Positions 1 through 9,506 of a stretch of DNA of 64,000 nt are shown here, in pieces. Below the pieces are notes generated by a model that was not told the DNA's origin, did no database searches, and saw nothing but the letters and a program-made list of their open reading frames with translations. The translations under genes and the position numbers were made by a program. Numbering within the stretch: the first letter of the stretch is position 1; the number at the start of each line of letters is the position of its first letter. This DNA is from Paraspadella gotoi (lineage: Eukaryota > Animalia > Chaetognatha): positions 6,157,074-6,221,073 of the forward strand of contig JBJCIZ010000239.1 in the NCBI GenBank assembly GCA_051294375.1, written 5' to 3'.

Positions 1-252
1 TACTCATTCCTTACCATTTTTATAACCAAATATTTAACGCAACCCCTAATCCCTAATCAGAATTATCAAATTTAATTTCGAATTTAAGTTAAAATGGGGC
101 GCTTTTGGAAAAGAGAGCCAAAAGTTATTCAAAAATTAAACTATTAATCAGTTAATTACGTTGATTAATGAATTAGGTCACGACGTTTGCAAAGATTTCA
201 AACTGGGAATTACTTACGAAGACTCGAGTATTCGATCCGCTGATACTCGGTG

Positions 253-993
253 AGGATGACGACGACGACGACGAAGAAGACGACGAAGACGACGATGTCG
301 ACAGCGATGACGATGACGATGACAAAGAAGATAACTAAGACGATGAAGAGGATGACAAAGACGATGATTTCGGCAATGAAGAAGATGGTGAAGACAATGA
401 CGACAGTGACAACGACGAATAAGACGACAAAGACGACGATGTCGACAACGAAGACGATGACAATGACAAAAAAGACAACTAAGGCGATGAAGAGGATGAC
501 AAATATGACGATTTCGGCAATGAAGAAGATGGTGAAGACAATGACGACGGTGACGACAACGAATAAGACAACGAAGACAACGATGTTGACAACGAAGACG
601 ATGACGATGACAAAGAAGAAAACTAAGACTACAAAGAGGATGACAAAGACGACGATTTCAGCAATGACGACAGTGACGACGATGAATAAGACGACGAAGA
701 CGACGATGTCGACGACGAAGATGATGACTATGACCAAGAAGACAACTAAGACGACGAAGAGGATGACAAAGACGACGATTTTGGCAACGAAGACGATGGT
801 GAAGACGACAACGACAATGACAACAATAAATAAGACAATGACGACGACGAATACGACAATGTTGACAACGAAGACGTTGATAAGAATGATGACGACAGTG
901 ACGATGAATAAAACGAAGACAATGACAAAGACGACGATGACGACGACGACGACGACGAAAACCATTTCAACGCGAAAGCGAAAACGACGATTA
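253..993. repeat. GAC/GAT-derived higher-order minisatellite (~144-bp unit, ~5 copies)
   Basis: ATGT(C/T)GAC anchor recurs at ~295, 439, 583, 706, 859. The Asp-rich frame has TAA in each unit. Confidence 0.8.
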
Positions 994-1293
994 TGAAGGC
1001 GACTCTTTGAATCACCTCAGTTTCTCTTTCTGTCTTCTAGATCCTCCTAAACCTCGTCTCTATTCACAAAAACTCGATACCTCCATTTCACTGAGCGCAT
1101 CTTTTCTCCCCCGAATCGCTGTGCAGATTTCGCTCGGTGGAGTCAAGCCCGCCGCCCGTGGGTTCGCCTTTTAGAGCGACCAACGACTCGGCTTATTTAG
1201 GTCGCTTTTTATCTTTTCGTGTCTGTCCTTTTGTCAGTCGGGTTTTTTTTTATTCTGTTCGATTTAGTCATTTTTTGTTAATCTATCTGTTGG

Positions 1294-1324
<31 letters not shown>

Positions 1325-1619
1325 CTCGTCTCTCTCTCTCTCTCTCTCTCTCTCGTTCGTTTTCGTTTTTCAATATGAATTTCAATGTCTCTCTCCTAAA
1401 TTCCCCCGCCCACCGTCAGGCATCACCCTCGCGCCTGGTTGTGGCGACCGGATCTGGCAGGCACGCCAAATGCCTGTAAAATTGATGGCGGGAAAGGTTC
1501 TTCTAATCGTCGCTCTCGTTCTCATCTGTAAGATTTGCAGATATTTACAGATGTTCTCAACCCTTTGTTTACGAGACAATTTGAAATTATATTAAAGAGA
1601 GTACTTAAAAAAATTTTTT

Positions 1620-1880
1620 ATCGGTACAACCAAAATATAAATTATCCATAAAATTAATAAATAGGCTATCTTGCCCCTCAGGTTATGACCTCCATCCTTA
1701 TAACGAGATAAATAACATAGAATTTCTCGATCAAGTATCTCTCAGTCTTGTTTTCCAGAATACCTGGCTTCCCTAACAACGAAGTGGTATAATGCTGTGT
1801 ATAATCTTGTAAGAGACCTGGAGGCCTTTACCCATAACAGCCCGTTCAATGTCAGGGGCAAGATAACTTGTATACATAAA
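1620..1880. repeat. Two diverged fragments of the 326-bp dispersed family in inverted orientation
   Basis: GGTACAACCAAAATATAAATTATCCAT...GCTATCTTGCCCCTCA on the left (reverse copy) and TCTTGTAAGAG...GGAGGCCTT...TCAGGGGCAAGATAAC on the right (forward copy). Confidence 0.65.
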
Positions 1881-1982
1881 CGTTTTTTATCGGTTTCCCG
1901 ATTTCATTTCCAATAGTATCCGTTGTACACATAACTCTTACTAATCTTTGATTCCTTAAAAACGTCAATGTGCAATTTTCAG

Positions 1983-2612
1983 GCGCTCAAATCGTTTGCA
2001 CCATCAACGTCATGGCGCACAACAGAATCGAAATGTTGAGGGAAGAGGAGAGATTGAGAGAATTGCCAGAGGTGAGTTTAAGTGGTGATCAGATGGTGAG
2101 TAAAGTAGATGCACTATTTTCTGAAAGAGCCGCTTTTCTGTTCTTTAATTCTTGTTTTTTTGTTTTTTTTTATTCTAAAATTTAAAATCCAAAATTGGTC
2201 TATTGGAGGAGAAGCACAGTTCGGACATCAACTTGAACCGACGGGTAAGTTAAATTTTATGCCACCTTTTGTAAATAAAAAAAGAAATGAAAAACATAAA
2301 AATAATAAGTTAAAGTTAAAGTTATGATTTGATTACATAGCTAAATTATCATGAGATATACCTTTCCTCAGACGAACAACTTTAGCGAAACGCAAGAAAC
2401 TACGAGCCGAAGCGTAACGCGCGATCGTGATCGCGCCGCGGCGGCGTCAGCGGCAGCAGCGGTGTCGCGAGCGGCGACAGCTGCTGCTGCTCAGGAGGAG
2501 GAAAAAGAGATCAGCAGAATGATATCGATAAAGGTAAGGATGACGTCGACGAATATATAAGGATGACGTCGACGATCACGCGGACCACAACTAAAATTAC
2601 GGCAACGACAAG

Positions 2613-2653
<41 letters not shown>

Positions 2654-3943
2654 TCTAAACTGCAAACTTGGCAAATCTCAAGGGAAAATAATGGCTGAGG
2701 ATTTTTTTTTGTGGATGGAAAAATGAAACTGATAGAGATAAGTCGATTATCGGGCACACTTTTCCCAAAGCGACTCATTTCCGGAATTTAATTTTTAACC
2801 TTAATATTTAAATATGATTATGTTATTAAATTTGTAATTTAATGTCTAACCCTAATCTTTAATCCTAATCCCTAACTCTAATCCCTAATCCTAAACCCTA
2901 ACCTAATACTTAACCCAAACCCTAACCCTTAACATTAAACCGTAATCCTTAACCCTAGTTACTAACCCTAATCATTAATCTAATCCATTACCCTAATCAT
3001 TTAACTAATCCCTAACCCTACTTCCTAACCCTAATCCTAAACCCTAACCATTAACCTTAAACCCTGATCTGTAATCCTAATTACTAACCTCAATCACTGA
3101 ACTAATCACTAACCTAATCCTATTAACTCAAAATATTAATCTAATTCCGAATTTGAGACGAAATGGGGCGTTCTGCGAAAGTAAGACCGATTATCAAAAC
3201 CCCAATGTTTTTTTTGTTTTTGTTGTTGTGGTTGTTTTGTTGGTTTTTTTTTTCGTGAAGTGATGGTTCATTGACCTGACCCGCAAGGGAATTGGGAGGG
3301 GGGGCGACGAGGGGGGCTGACTTCAATGCAAAGTCAAGTGCATTCTTTTCGTTGTTGTTTTCCTCGAAAGAAAACTTTTTTTTAAAAAAAATATTGATAT
3401 TTACACTTTGTTCATTGTTTCTTTCTTTACGTTGTTCTTATATTTTAAATAATCAATAATTTAAATAAATTAAATAATTTCGGTACGGGTGAAACAAGAA
3501 ACGTACGACTCGTCAGTTAGAAAATCTACAACATTTTCTGCATATATAGATTATTAAACTGTGTGCCTGATAGACTTGCGGATAAGGCGCTAAGTGGGCT
3601 GAAGACTGTGAAGAGTGTAGAGTGAAGAGTGCTATCCGCAACTTCTTTAACCCCCTCTAGCAGCCATGGAACGGGTTCTGGTCTTGGAACCGGGCTTGAA
3701 GGTTTTCCACGCCCCCAAGGCGGTCTCGGGTAATCCTCATGCTTCCTGCAGGGTACCTAATGGTCATTAGCTGATAGTATTATAGAAAGAGCCCGACTAC
3801 ATATTTTCATCATGGAGAAAAGTGCAATTAACAAACGAATTTTTTTTCCCCAAATATTTCGACTTATATTGCTAAGTCATCATCAGTGGAAAAAAGTGAA
3901 AAAACGAGAAAAATGATTTGTTTAAAAGAGTAAAGAGAGAAGG

Positions 3944-4006
<63 letters not shown>

Positions 4007-5460
4007 CCTTGGTAGGAATAGGCAGTAGTCATTAAAAAACACCATCAGTGAATTTTGACCAAAGACCCCAAAAAATTGGGTTGGCCCCCCCCTGCCTTCT
4101 ATCAGTTCAGTTCATGGAAGACGGGGTTCCAAGCGTCGGTTTTTACGTAGGCCCCCCAGTCCTCATTGTGTCCCTCTCCTGGGCTGCTGCTGTGCCTTCT
4201 GATTTCCAAAGCTTCACGAATTTTGGTATCATGAATAAGTTTTTTTTTGTTTTTTCCGGACATTGTCTTGACCACGGTGGCATTCGTAAAATCCGGTGTA
4301 AGGTGAATGGTGCCACTCTTTTTTTTCAATGGCTCGGGAATGCTCCTTCCATCTTGTCTTGAAACTCCTAGTTGTTCGGCCTATGTAAACAGCCTTGTCG
4401 GAGCATGGGCAATGGTATTTGTATATACCTTTTTTAAGTTCAGGATCTGGATGGGTTTTATTTTTGCTGCAAAGAATGTCTTTGAGTTTGGCTCCCCAAT
4501 GTTTTTTTTTGGGTCTTTGGTCAAAATTCACTGATGGGGTTTTTTTTAATGACTACCAAGGTCATTTCTTTCTCTCTCTCTCTCTCTCTCTCTTCCCCTT
4601 CTCTCTTTACTCTTTTAAACAAATATTTTTTCTCGTTTTTTCACTTTTTTCCACTGATGATGACTTAGCAATATCAGTCGAAATATTTGGAAAAAAAAAT
4701 CGTTTGTAAAATGCACTTTTCTCCATGATGAAAATATATCTTTATATTAAATTATTAATGCTTGCGATGACGTTAAAAGAATATAATATATATATAATTT
4801 TTATATTGGTTGTACCAATTTCATAAAATTCCGCTCCTTGTATTTTGAAGCTAATGCTGAGTACAATATAGTATTCCCCGATCTAATACTTAAGGGAGTG
4901 GTCTTTTCATACAATTGAAACATTCTTTGAAACAATATACCACTTCATTGATAGGGAAGCCAGGAACTCTGGGAGTGAATAAACGAATCTGTGAGAGTGT
5001 CTTGATTGAAAGCTTGCAGGGACTTGCTATGTTATTATCTTGTAAGAGTGACGGAGGCCTTAAACCAGCAAAGCCTGTCCAAAGTCAGGGGCAAGATAGC
5101 TTATTAATTAAATGAATGGATAATTTTTATATTGGTTGTACCAATTTCACAATAATAATAATAATAATAACAATAATAATAATAATTTCACAACATCATT
5201 TCAGCGAGAAATCGGCGAAGGAGGTTTTTCCGATTTCTCCGGACAAGAATACGTCGGGTTCGGACGTGACAGAAATGGCCGTAGCAGCCACGGGCGTAGC
5301 AGCGATCGACGCGTCAGCTATCGACGTGACAGCGAGGAGCATAGCAACCAGCATGCCAGAGAGTCCTTTGGCAGTGACAGACGTAGGAGCGATCGACGTG
5401 GCAGCGAAGGGCGTGGCATCTCCCTCGAGACGCGCGGAACGCCGCGTCTGCGCAGCGTAA
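1983..5460 (+). CDS. Possible multi-exon low-complexity gene (candidate exons ~1983-2070, 2371-2532, 5205-5460); product unknown
   Basis: GC-rich blocks bounded by TTTTCAG/GTGAGT and CCTCAG/GTAAGG, plus a TTTCAG acceptor followed by an open frame (EKSAKEVF...RVCAA*). No recognisable domain. Confidence 0.3.
2751..3189. mobile_element. MITE with CGG...CCG termini and a degenerate (CCCTAA)n core
   Basis: Imperfect TIRs (CGGGCACACTTTTCCCAAAGCGACTCATTTC / GAAATGGGGCGTTCTGCGAAAGTAAGACCG). ATTAT on both flanks. Related ends at ~90-120, ~8130-8160, ~10243-10290, ~48509-48550, ~63826-63860. Confidence 0.7.
3849..3890 (-). ncRNA. Minimal type-I hammerhead ribozyme (Penelope-type)
   Basis: Reverse complement reads CCA-CUGAUGA-U-GACUUA(gcaaua)UAAGUC-GAAA-UA-UU-UGG: conserved core, 6-bp stem II, palindromic mini stem III and CCA/UGG stem I. 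Confidence 0.8.
4102..4500 (-). pseudogene. Penelope-type GIY-YIG endonuclease C-terminal fragment (frameshifted)
   Basis: GIYKYHCPCSDKAVYIGRTTRSFKTRWKEH, then in another frame KIREALEI...HNEDWG...W. These are the GIY, YIG, R..EH, E and N motifs. Confidence 0.9.
4648..4694 (+). ncRNA. Minimal type-I hammerhead ribozyme (second, inverted copy)
   Basis: UUUCCA-CUGAUGA-U-GACUUA(gcaaua)UCAGUC-GAAA-UAUU-UGGAAA, with one mismatch in stem II. Confidence 0.75.
4794..5149 (+). mobile_element. Complete 326-bp monomer of a dispersed repeat family with a 30-bp terminal direct repeat
   Basis: ATAATTTTTATATTGGTTGTACCAATTTCA at 4794-4823 and 5120-5149. Homologous pieces at ~26657-26835(-), 30054-30262(-), 31728-31920(-), 34000-34120(+), 40460-40780(-), 42135-42195(+), 46440-46505(+), 53066-53140(-), 61758-62022(+), 62855-62925(-). 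Confidence 0.75.
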
Positions 5461-5649
5461 ATTACGCTACGTCGGCTTCGGCTTCCGTCTCGGCGTCGCG
5501 GCGATACGCGGCTTCCGTCGCAGCGCCTGCAGCAGAAGCCGCTTTCAGTTTCGGCGACGCAGGATTCCGTCCGTCGCCGGGCGAGTTTTTTCGTTTTAAG
5601 CGTTGAGAGATCGGGGAGAAGACGAAAGGACACGGGAGACGTTTGGAAT

Positions 5650-5980
5650 GATCTCTTCTCTCTCTCCTCTTCTCTTCCTCTTCCCTCTCTCCCTCTCTCT
5701 CTTCTCGTCTCTCTCTCTCTCTCTTCTCTCTCGTCTCTTCTCTCCGCTCTCTCCTTCGTGCCTTTCTCGTCGCTCCTCTCTCTCGTTTCTCTCTCTACTC
5801 TTCTTCTCTCTCTTCTCTCTCTTTCCTTCCTCTTTCTCGATCTTTTCTCCTTTCTCTCTCTCTTCTTTGTCTCTCCTCTCTCCTCTCCTATCATCTTCTC
5901 TCTCTCCTCTCCTATCTGTCTCTTCTCTCCTCTCTCTCTCTCTCTCTCCCTTCTTCTCTCTCTCTCTCTCTTCTTCACCA
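5650..5980. repeat. Degenerate (CT)n polypyrimidine microsatellite
   Basis: Seen directly. Many similar (GA)n/(CT)n tracts occur throughout the window. Confidence 0.9.
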
Positions 5981-6287
5981 ACTGTTGATACTTTTTTGAT
6001 ACTGAATAACTTACCAAGAAATCTCGAAAAAAATAAATGAAAATATAAAATAACGGAGCCCACCAATTCGAACGGTTTTTCTGATTTCCCTTTTTTCCCT
6101 TTGTTTTTCTTGTTACGTTTTTTTTTCTTTTTTTCTTTTAAAATCTTCAAAAACTATTTTAGTTCTATCTCAAACTTTCTTTGGCTAAAACAGTTAGAAC
6201 TGTTAATTCTGAAATTGACATGCCGGTTTACTCTTTCCTTACCCAACCTGTATCTCTCTCTCTCTCTCTTTTTCTATCTCTTTCTAC

Positions 6288-6330
<43 letters not shown>

Positions 6331-6429
6331 TCTCTCTCCCCGTCACGCGAAAGGAATTAATAAATTTCGAGACAAATTTAGACTTTCGATTTGTACAAAC
6401 CTGTTTTCCCTTTGGAAACCTCTGGACGC

Positions 6430-6600
6430 CTTTTCATTGGTTCTCCCGGGATTCCGAAATTCGTCCAATCAGCGCGTTCGGACGGTAAGGGGGAAATTTT
6501 CAAACCAATCGGCAAAGAGAAAGGGGCGGAACCGACCAATCGCGAACGAGATAAACGTCAAAATATATCTGCCCTGTTTTTCGAACGAAGATTGGACGGA
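6430..6600. promoter_or_regulatory. Candidate promoter: CCAAT-box cluster plus GC box
   Basis: ATTGG 6436; CCAAT 6465, 6505, 6536; ATTGG 6591; GGGGCGG 6523; all in a CpG-rich patch. Confidence 0.45.
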
Positions 6601-7550
6601 GTGTGTTTTTACTTTTTATTATTTCGATCCGTATTGATGCTTGTCTGACGACGACGACGACGACAACCAAAATTCGTCATGAAAACTTTGTTCCTCAGAG
6701 ATTATGTCGAGTGCTCAACTCTAAAAAAAAAAACCACTTTTGAATTTGTACAACTAGAATTTTTCAAACTTAACCGTCGATATTTTTATGGTTTGTTATT
6801 CTTTTCTTATCGCGATGGCTGCGATTTCAAATCAAAATTGAACTTTTTTTGAGTTCAAATTTTTTTAAAAATCTTTAATCAGGTTTATCTCTTCTTTTTC
6901 TCGTCTGATGATTTTTTTTATCTTCAAATGACAATCGAAAATAGACGGACTCATCAAAAATATCTTAAATTAAACTTACCTTTTTGAACGACATAAATTC
7001 GCTTCTATCGTAAAGAAACAAAAGACGAAAATCGCTGACAGTAACATATATTTTCAGTGTCACTGTTACTCAACAAAAAGTTCGAAAAAGTAACCTCATT
7101 AGTATGTTTTTTCTTTGGAATACGATCATTAAGTTTAACCAAAACTCCAGCAAATTGTAGGAAACACTAGGTTCAAAAATACGTTTAATATGTCAAGTTG
7201 ATATTTATTATTTTTTATTAGGACTGCTCGTCTGTATGTCTGTCTTCTTTTCTCTCCTTCGGTCTGTCTACTCGCGTTTTAAATATGCTCATAACTTTAA
7301 ATAATTAATAAATAATTAACTTTAAATAACTCATAACTCTATTTTTACTTTATTACGTGATTATTACCGTGATGCACCAAAAGGAGAAACTTGAGCATAA
7401 TATGTTTCATACTTGCGCTTACGCAGTCGTGAAAAAAAAAAGTTGATGCTGCGCCATATCTTTCCGGTTTTCGTTAATTAAATTGCGTAATTCTTTCAGA
7501 CGGACCATACTCTCATAAATAACCTTTTTTCCCGGGGTAAACAAATATAT

Positions 7551-7691
7551 ACCCGGTGGTAAGTCGACTCATTTTTCCCAATGAAAGCAACTTACCTTCG
7601 TCAAGGAAATAGTTGAGTTGAGTTGAGTTCGCTCCAATTGTTCTCACACTCAAAGTTCCGCTCACAACCGACCAAGACTTACCATCCGGGT
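7551..7691. mobile_element. Small MITE-like element
   Basis: Inverted ends ACCCGG-TGGTAAGTC / GACTTACCATCCGGGT. No clear TSD. Confidence 0.4.
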
Positions 7692-7809
7692 GTGACAGGA
7701 TATTCTTTTTTTCTTTACTTTTATTTTTGGCTGGTATACCAATTCTTGATTCGGCCATCGCCCAGAGAGAGGGAGAGAGAGAGAGAGAGAGAGAGAGAAA
7801 GAAATAGAG

Positions 7810-8160
7810 GCGTGTTTTTCGATTAACGCCACTGCGCGGAATTTACAGTTCATCCGGAATGATTTCGATTTGTAAAAAAAAGAAAACAAAAATTTAAATA
7901 ATTCATTTCAGTTATTTAACAAATCTTTAATTTAATCCTTAATTCTTCAGCCAAATTTCTAATCTTATCCCTTAATTCAAAACCATAATCCCAAACTCTA
8001 TTCCCTAACCAAAGTCCTTAAACTAACCTTCAACCTTAATTCCTAACCGAATTTTAAAACCTAACCTCATTCTTATCTCTAACCCACAATTAAAAAATTT
8101 AAAAAATAATTTAATTCTAAATTTAGGCTGAAATAGGGCACTTTTAGTGAATACGGCCCG
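7810..8160. mobile_element. Diverged copy of the telomere-core MITE
   Basis: Degenerate CCTAAC/CCCTAA core ending in GAAATAGGGCACTTTTAGTGAATACGGCCCG. Confidence 0.5.
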
Positions 8161-8707
8161 GTAGGGTCCTTAAAAAAATGGCACAACTTTAAACCACGCC
8201 GAAAAGTGTAACTCTAAAAACAACGCCGGAGCTAAAAAACGACGCCGGTATATAACCAAAACAACGCCGCTTGTCGCCGACCTAATTTTTAATTTTTTTC
8301 CTCTTCGTCACGGACAAACGAAAAAGATAAAAAAAAAAGCTTTTTAAAAGAAAGAATAGGAAAAAAAAATGGGGAAGGTTGCGGATTCGGTCGTGAATCG
8401 AATCGAAACGCTGAGCGTGAAAAATGGCGTCAACAAGTAAAGTTTCACGCGTCACTAAAAAAAAAGGGGGGGGGGTCGTTTGGCGTGATGGGAAAAAAAG
8501 TAAATGGCGAGGAGAGCGTGGTGTAATTATTCCTCTTTGAGCGTCAAAAAATATTTTTCGACGTCACATATTTCCGGGCGAGCTGACGTTCGGGACGATT
8601 CCGTGTCACCGATCGTCACTCGTCGAGGCGTCATTTTTGGACCGAAGTGAAATTCGTCACTGTCGTCTCTCTGCGTGGGGGGGGGGGAGGGGAGAGAGAG
8701 TAATAGT

Positions 8708-8793
<86 letters not shown>

Positions 8794-8898
8794 AGACAAG
8801 TGATAGGATCATTGTGAGAAGAATAAAAAAAAAAATATACCAGCAGAAAAACTTTCCAATTCATTATACGTCAAATTCGCGCTTTCCCTGTCTGTCTG

Positions 8899-8954
<56 letters not shown>

Positions 8955-9506
8955 GTCCCGAGCCTCCGCCCCGACAAAGTTTATANNNNNNNNNNNNNNN
9001 NNNNNNNNNNTTTTTTAAAAACTTTTTTTTTAATTCTTTTTTCGTTTGTCCTTTCTACTTTTAAAAGAAAAAGAAAACAGATAAAAAAAAAACNNNNNNN
9101 NNNNNNNNNNNNNNNNNNNNNNNNNNNNNNNNNNNNNNNNNNNNNNNNNNNNNNNNNNNNNNNNNNNNNNNNNNNNNNNNNNNNNNNNNNNNNNNNNNNN
9201 NNNNNNNNNNNNNNNNNNNNNNNNNNNNNNNNNNNNNNNNNNNNNNNNNNNNNNNNNNNNNNNNNNNNNNNNNNNNNNNNNNNNNNNNNNNNNNNNNNNN
9301 NNNNNNNNNNNNNNNNNNNNNNNNNNNNNNNNNNNNNNNNNNNNNNNNNNNNNNNNNNNNNNNNNNNNNNNNNNNNNNNNNNGCATCGATTTTAAAATCT
9401 GCCATCTTCCCTGCCTAAAATTTCGACTACATTTCTCGCTCGTTGATCCCAAGTGCCACCTTCCTTTCCCTACCCCTCGCCTTCGCAACGCCATCTACCG
9501 GAAACG

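Larger units (their letters stand above)
3799..4739 (-). mobile_element. 5'-truncated Penelope-like retroelement (GIY-YIG end plus 3' tail) with an inverted copy of the tail
   Basis: ~3799-4078 and ~4501-4739 are inverted repeats flanking a GIY-YIG remnant. Inverted pseudo-LTRs are typical of Penelope-like elements. Confidence 0.88.

Noticed and set aside
210-965. 251-aa Val/Ile-rich 'membrane protein' ORF
   Set aside because: It is the antisense reading of the GAC-derived minisatellite, with no independent coding evidence.
2845-3130. True telomere or chromosome-fusion scar
   Set aside because: The repeats are degenerate, enclosed by TIRs and recur at many sites in both orientations.
5196-6150. 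Long ER-rich and SL-rich ORFs (also at 8.5, 25, 34.7, 39.4, 41.6, 50.3 kb)
   Set aside because: They are stop-free translations of (GA)n/(CT)n microsatellites.
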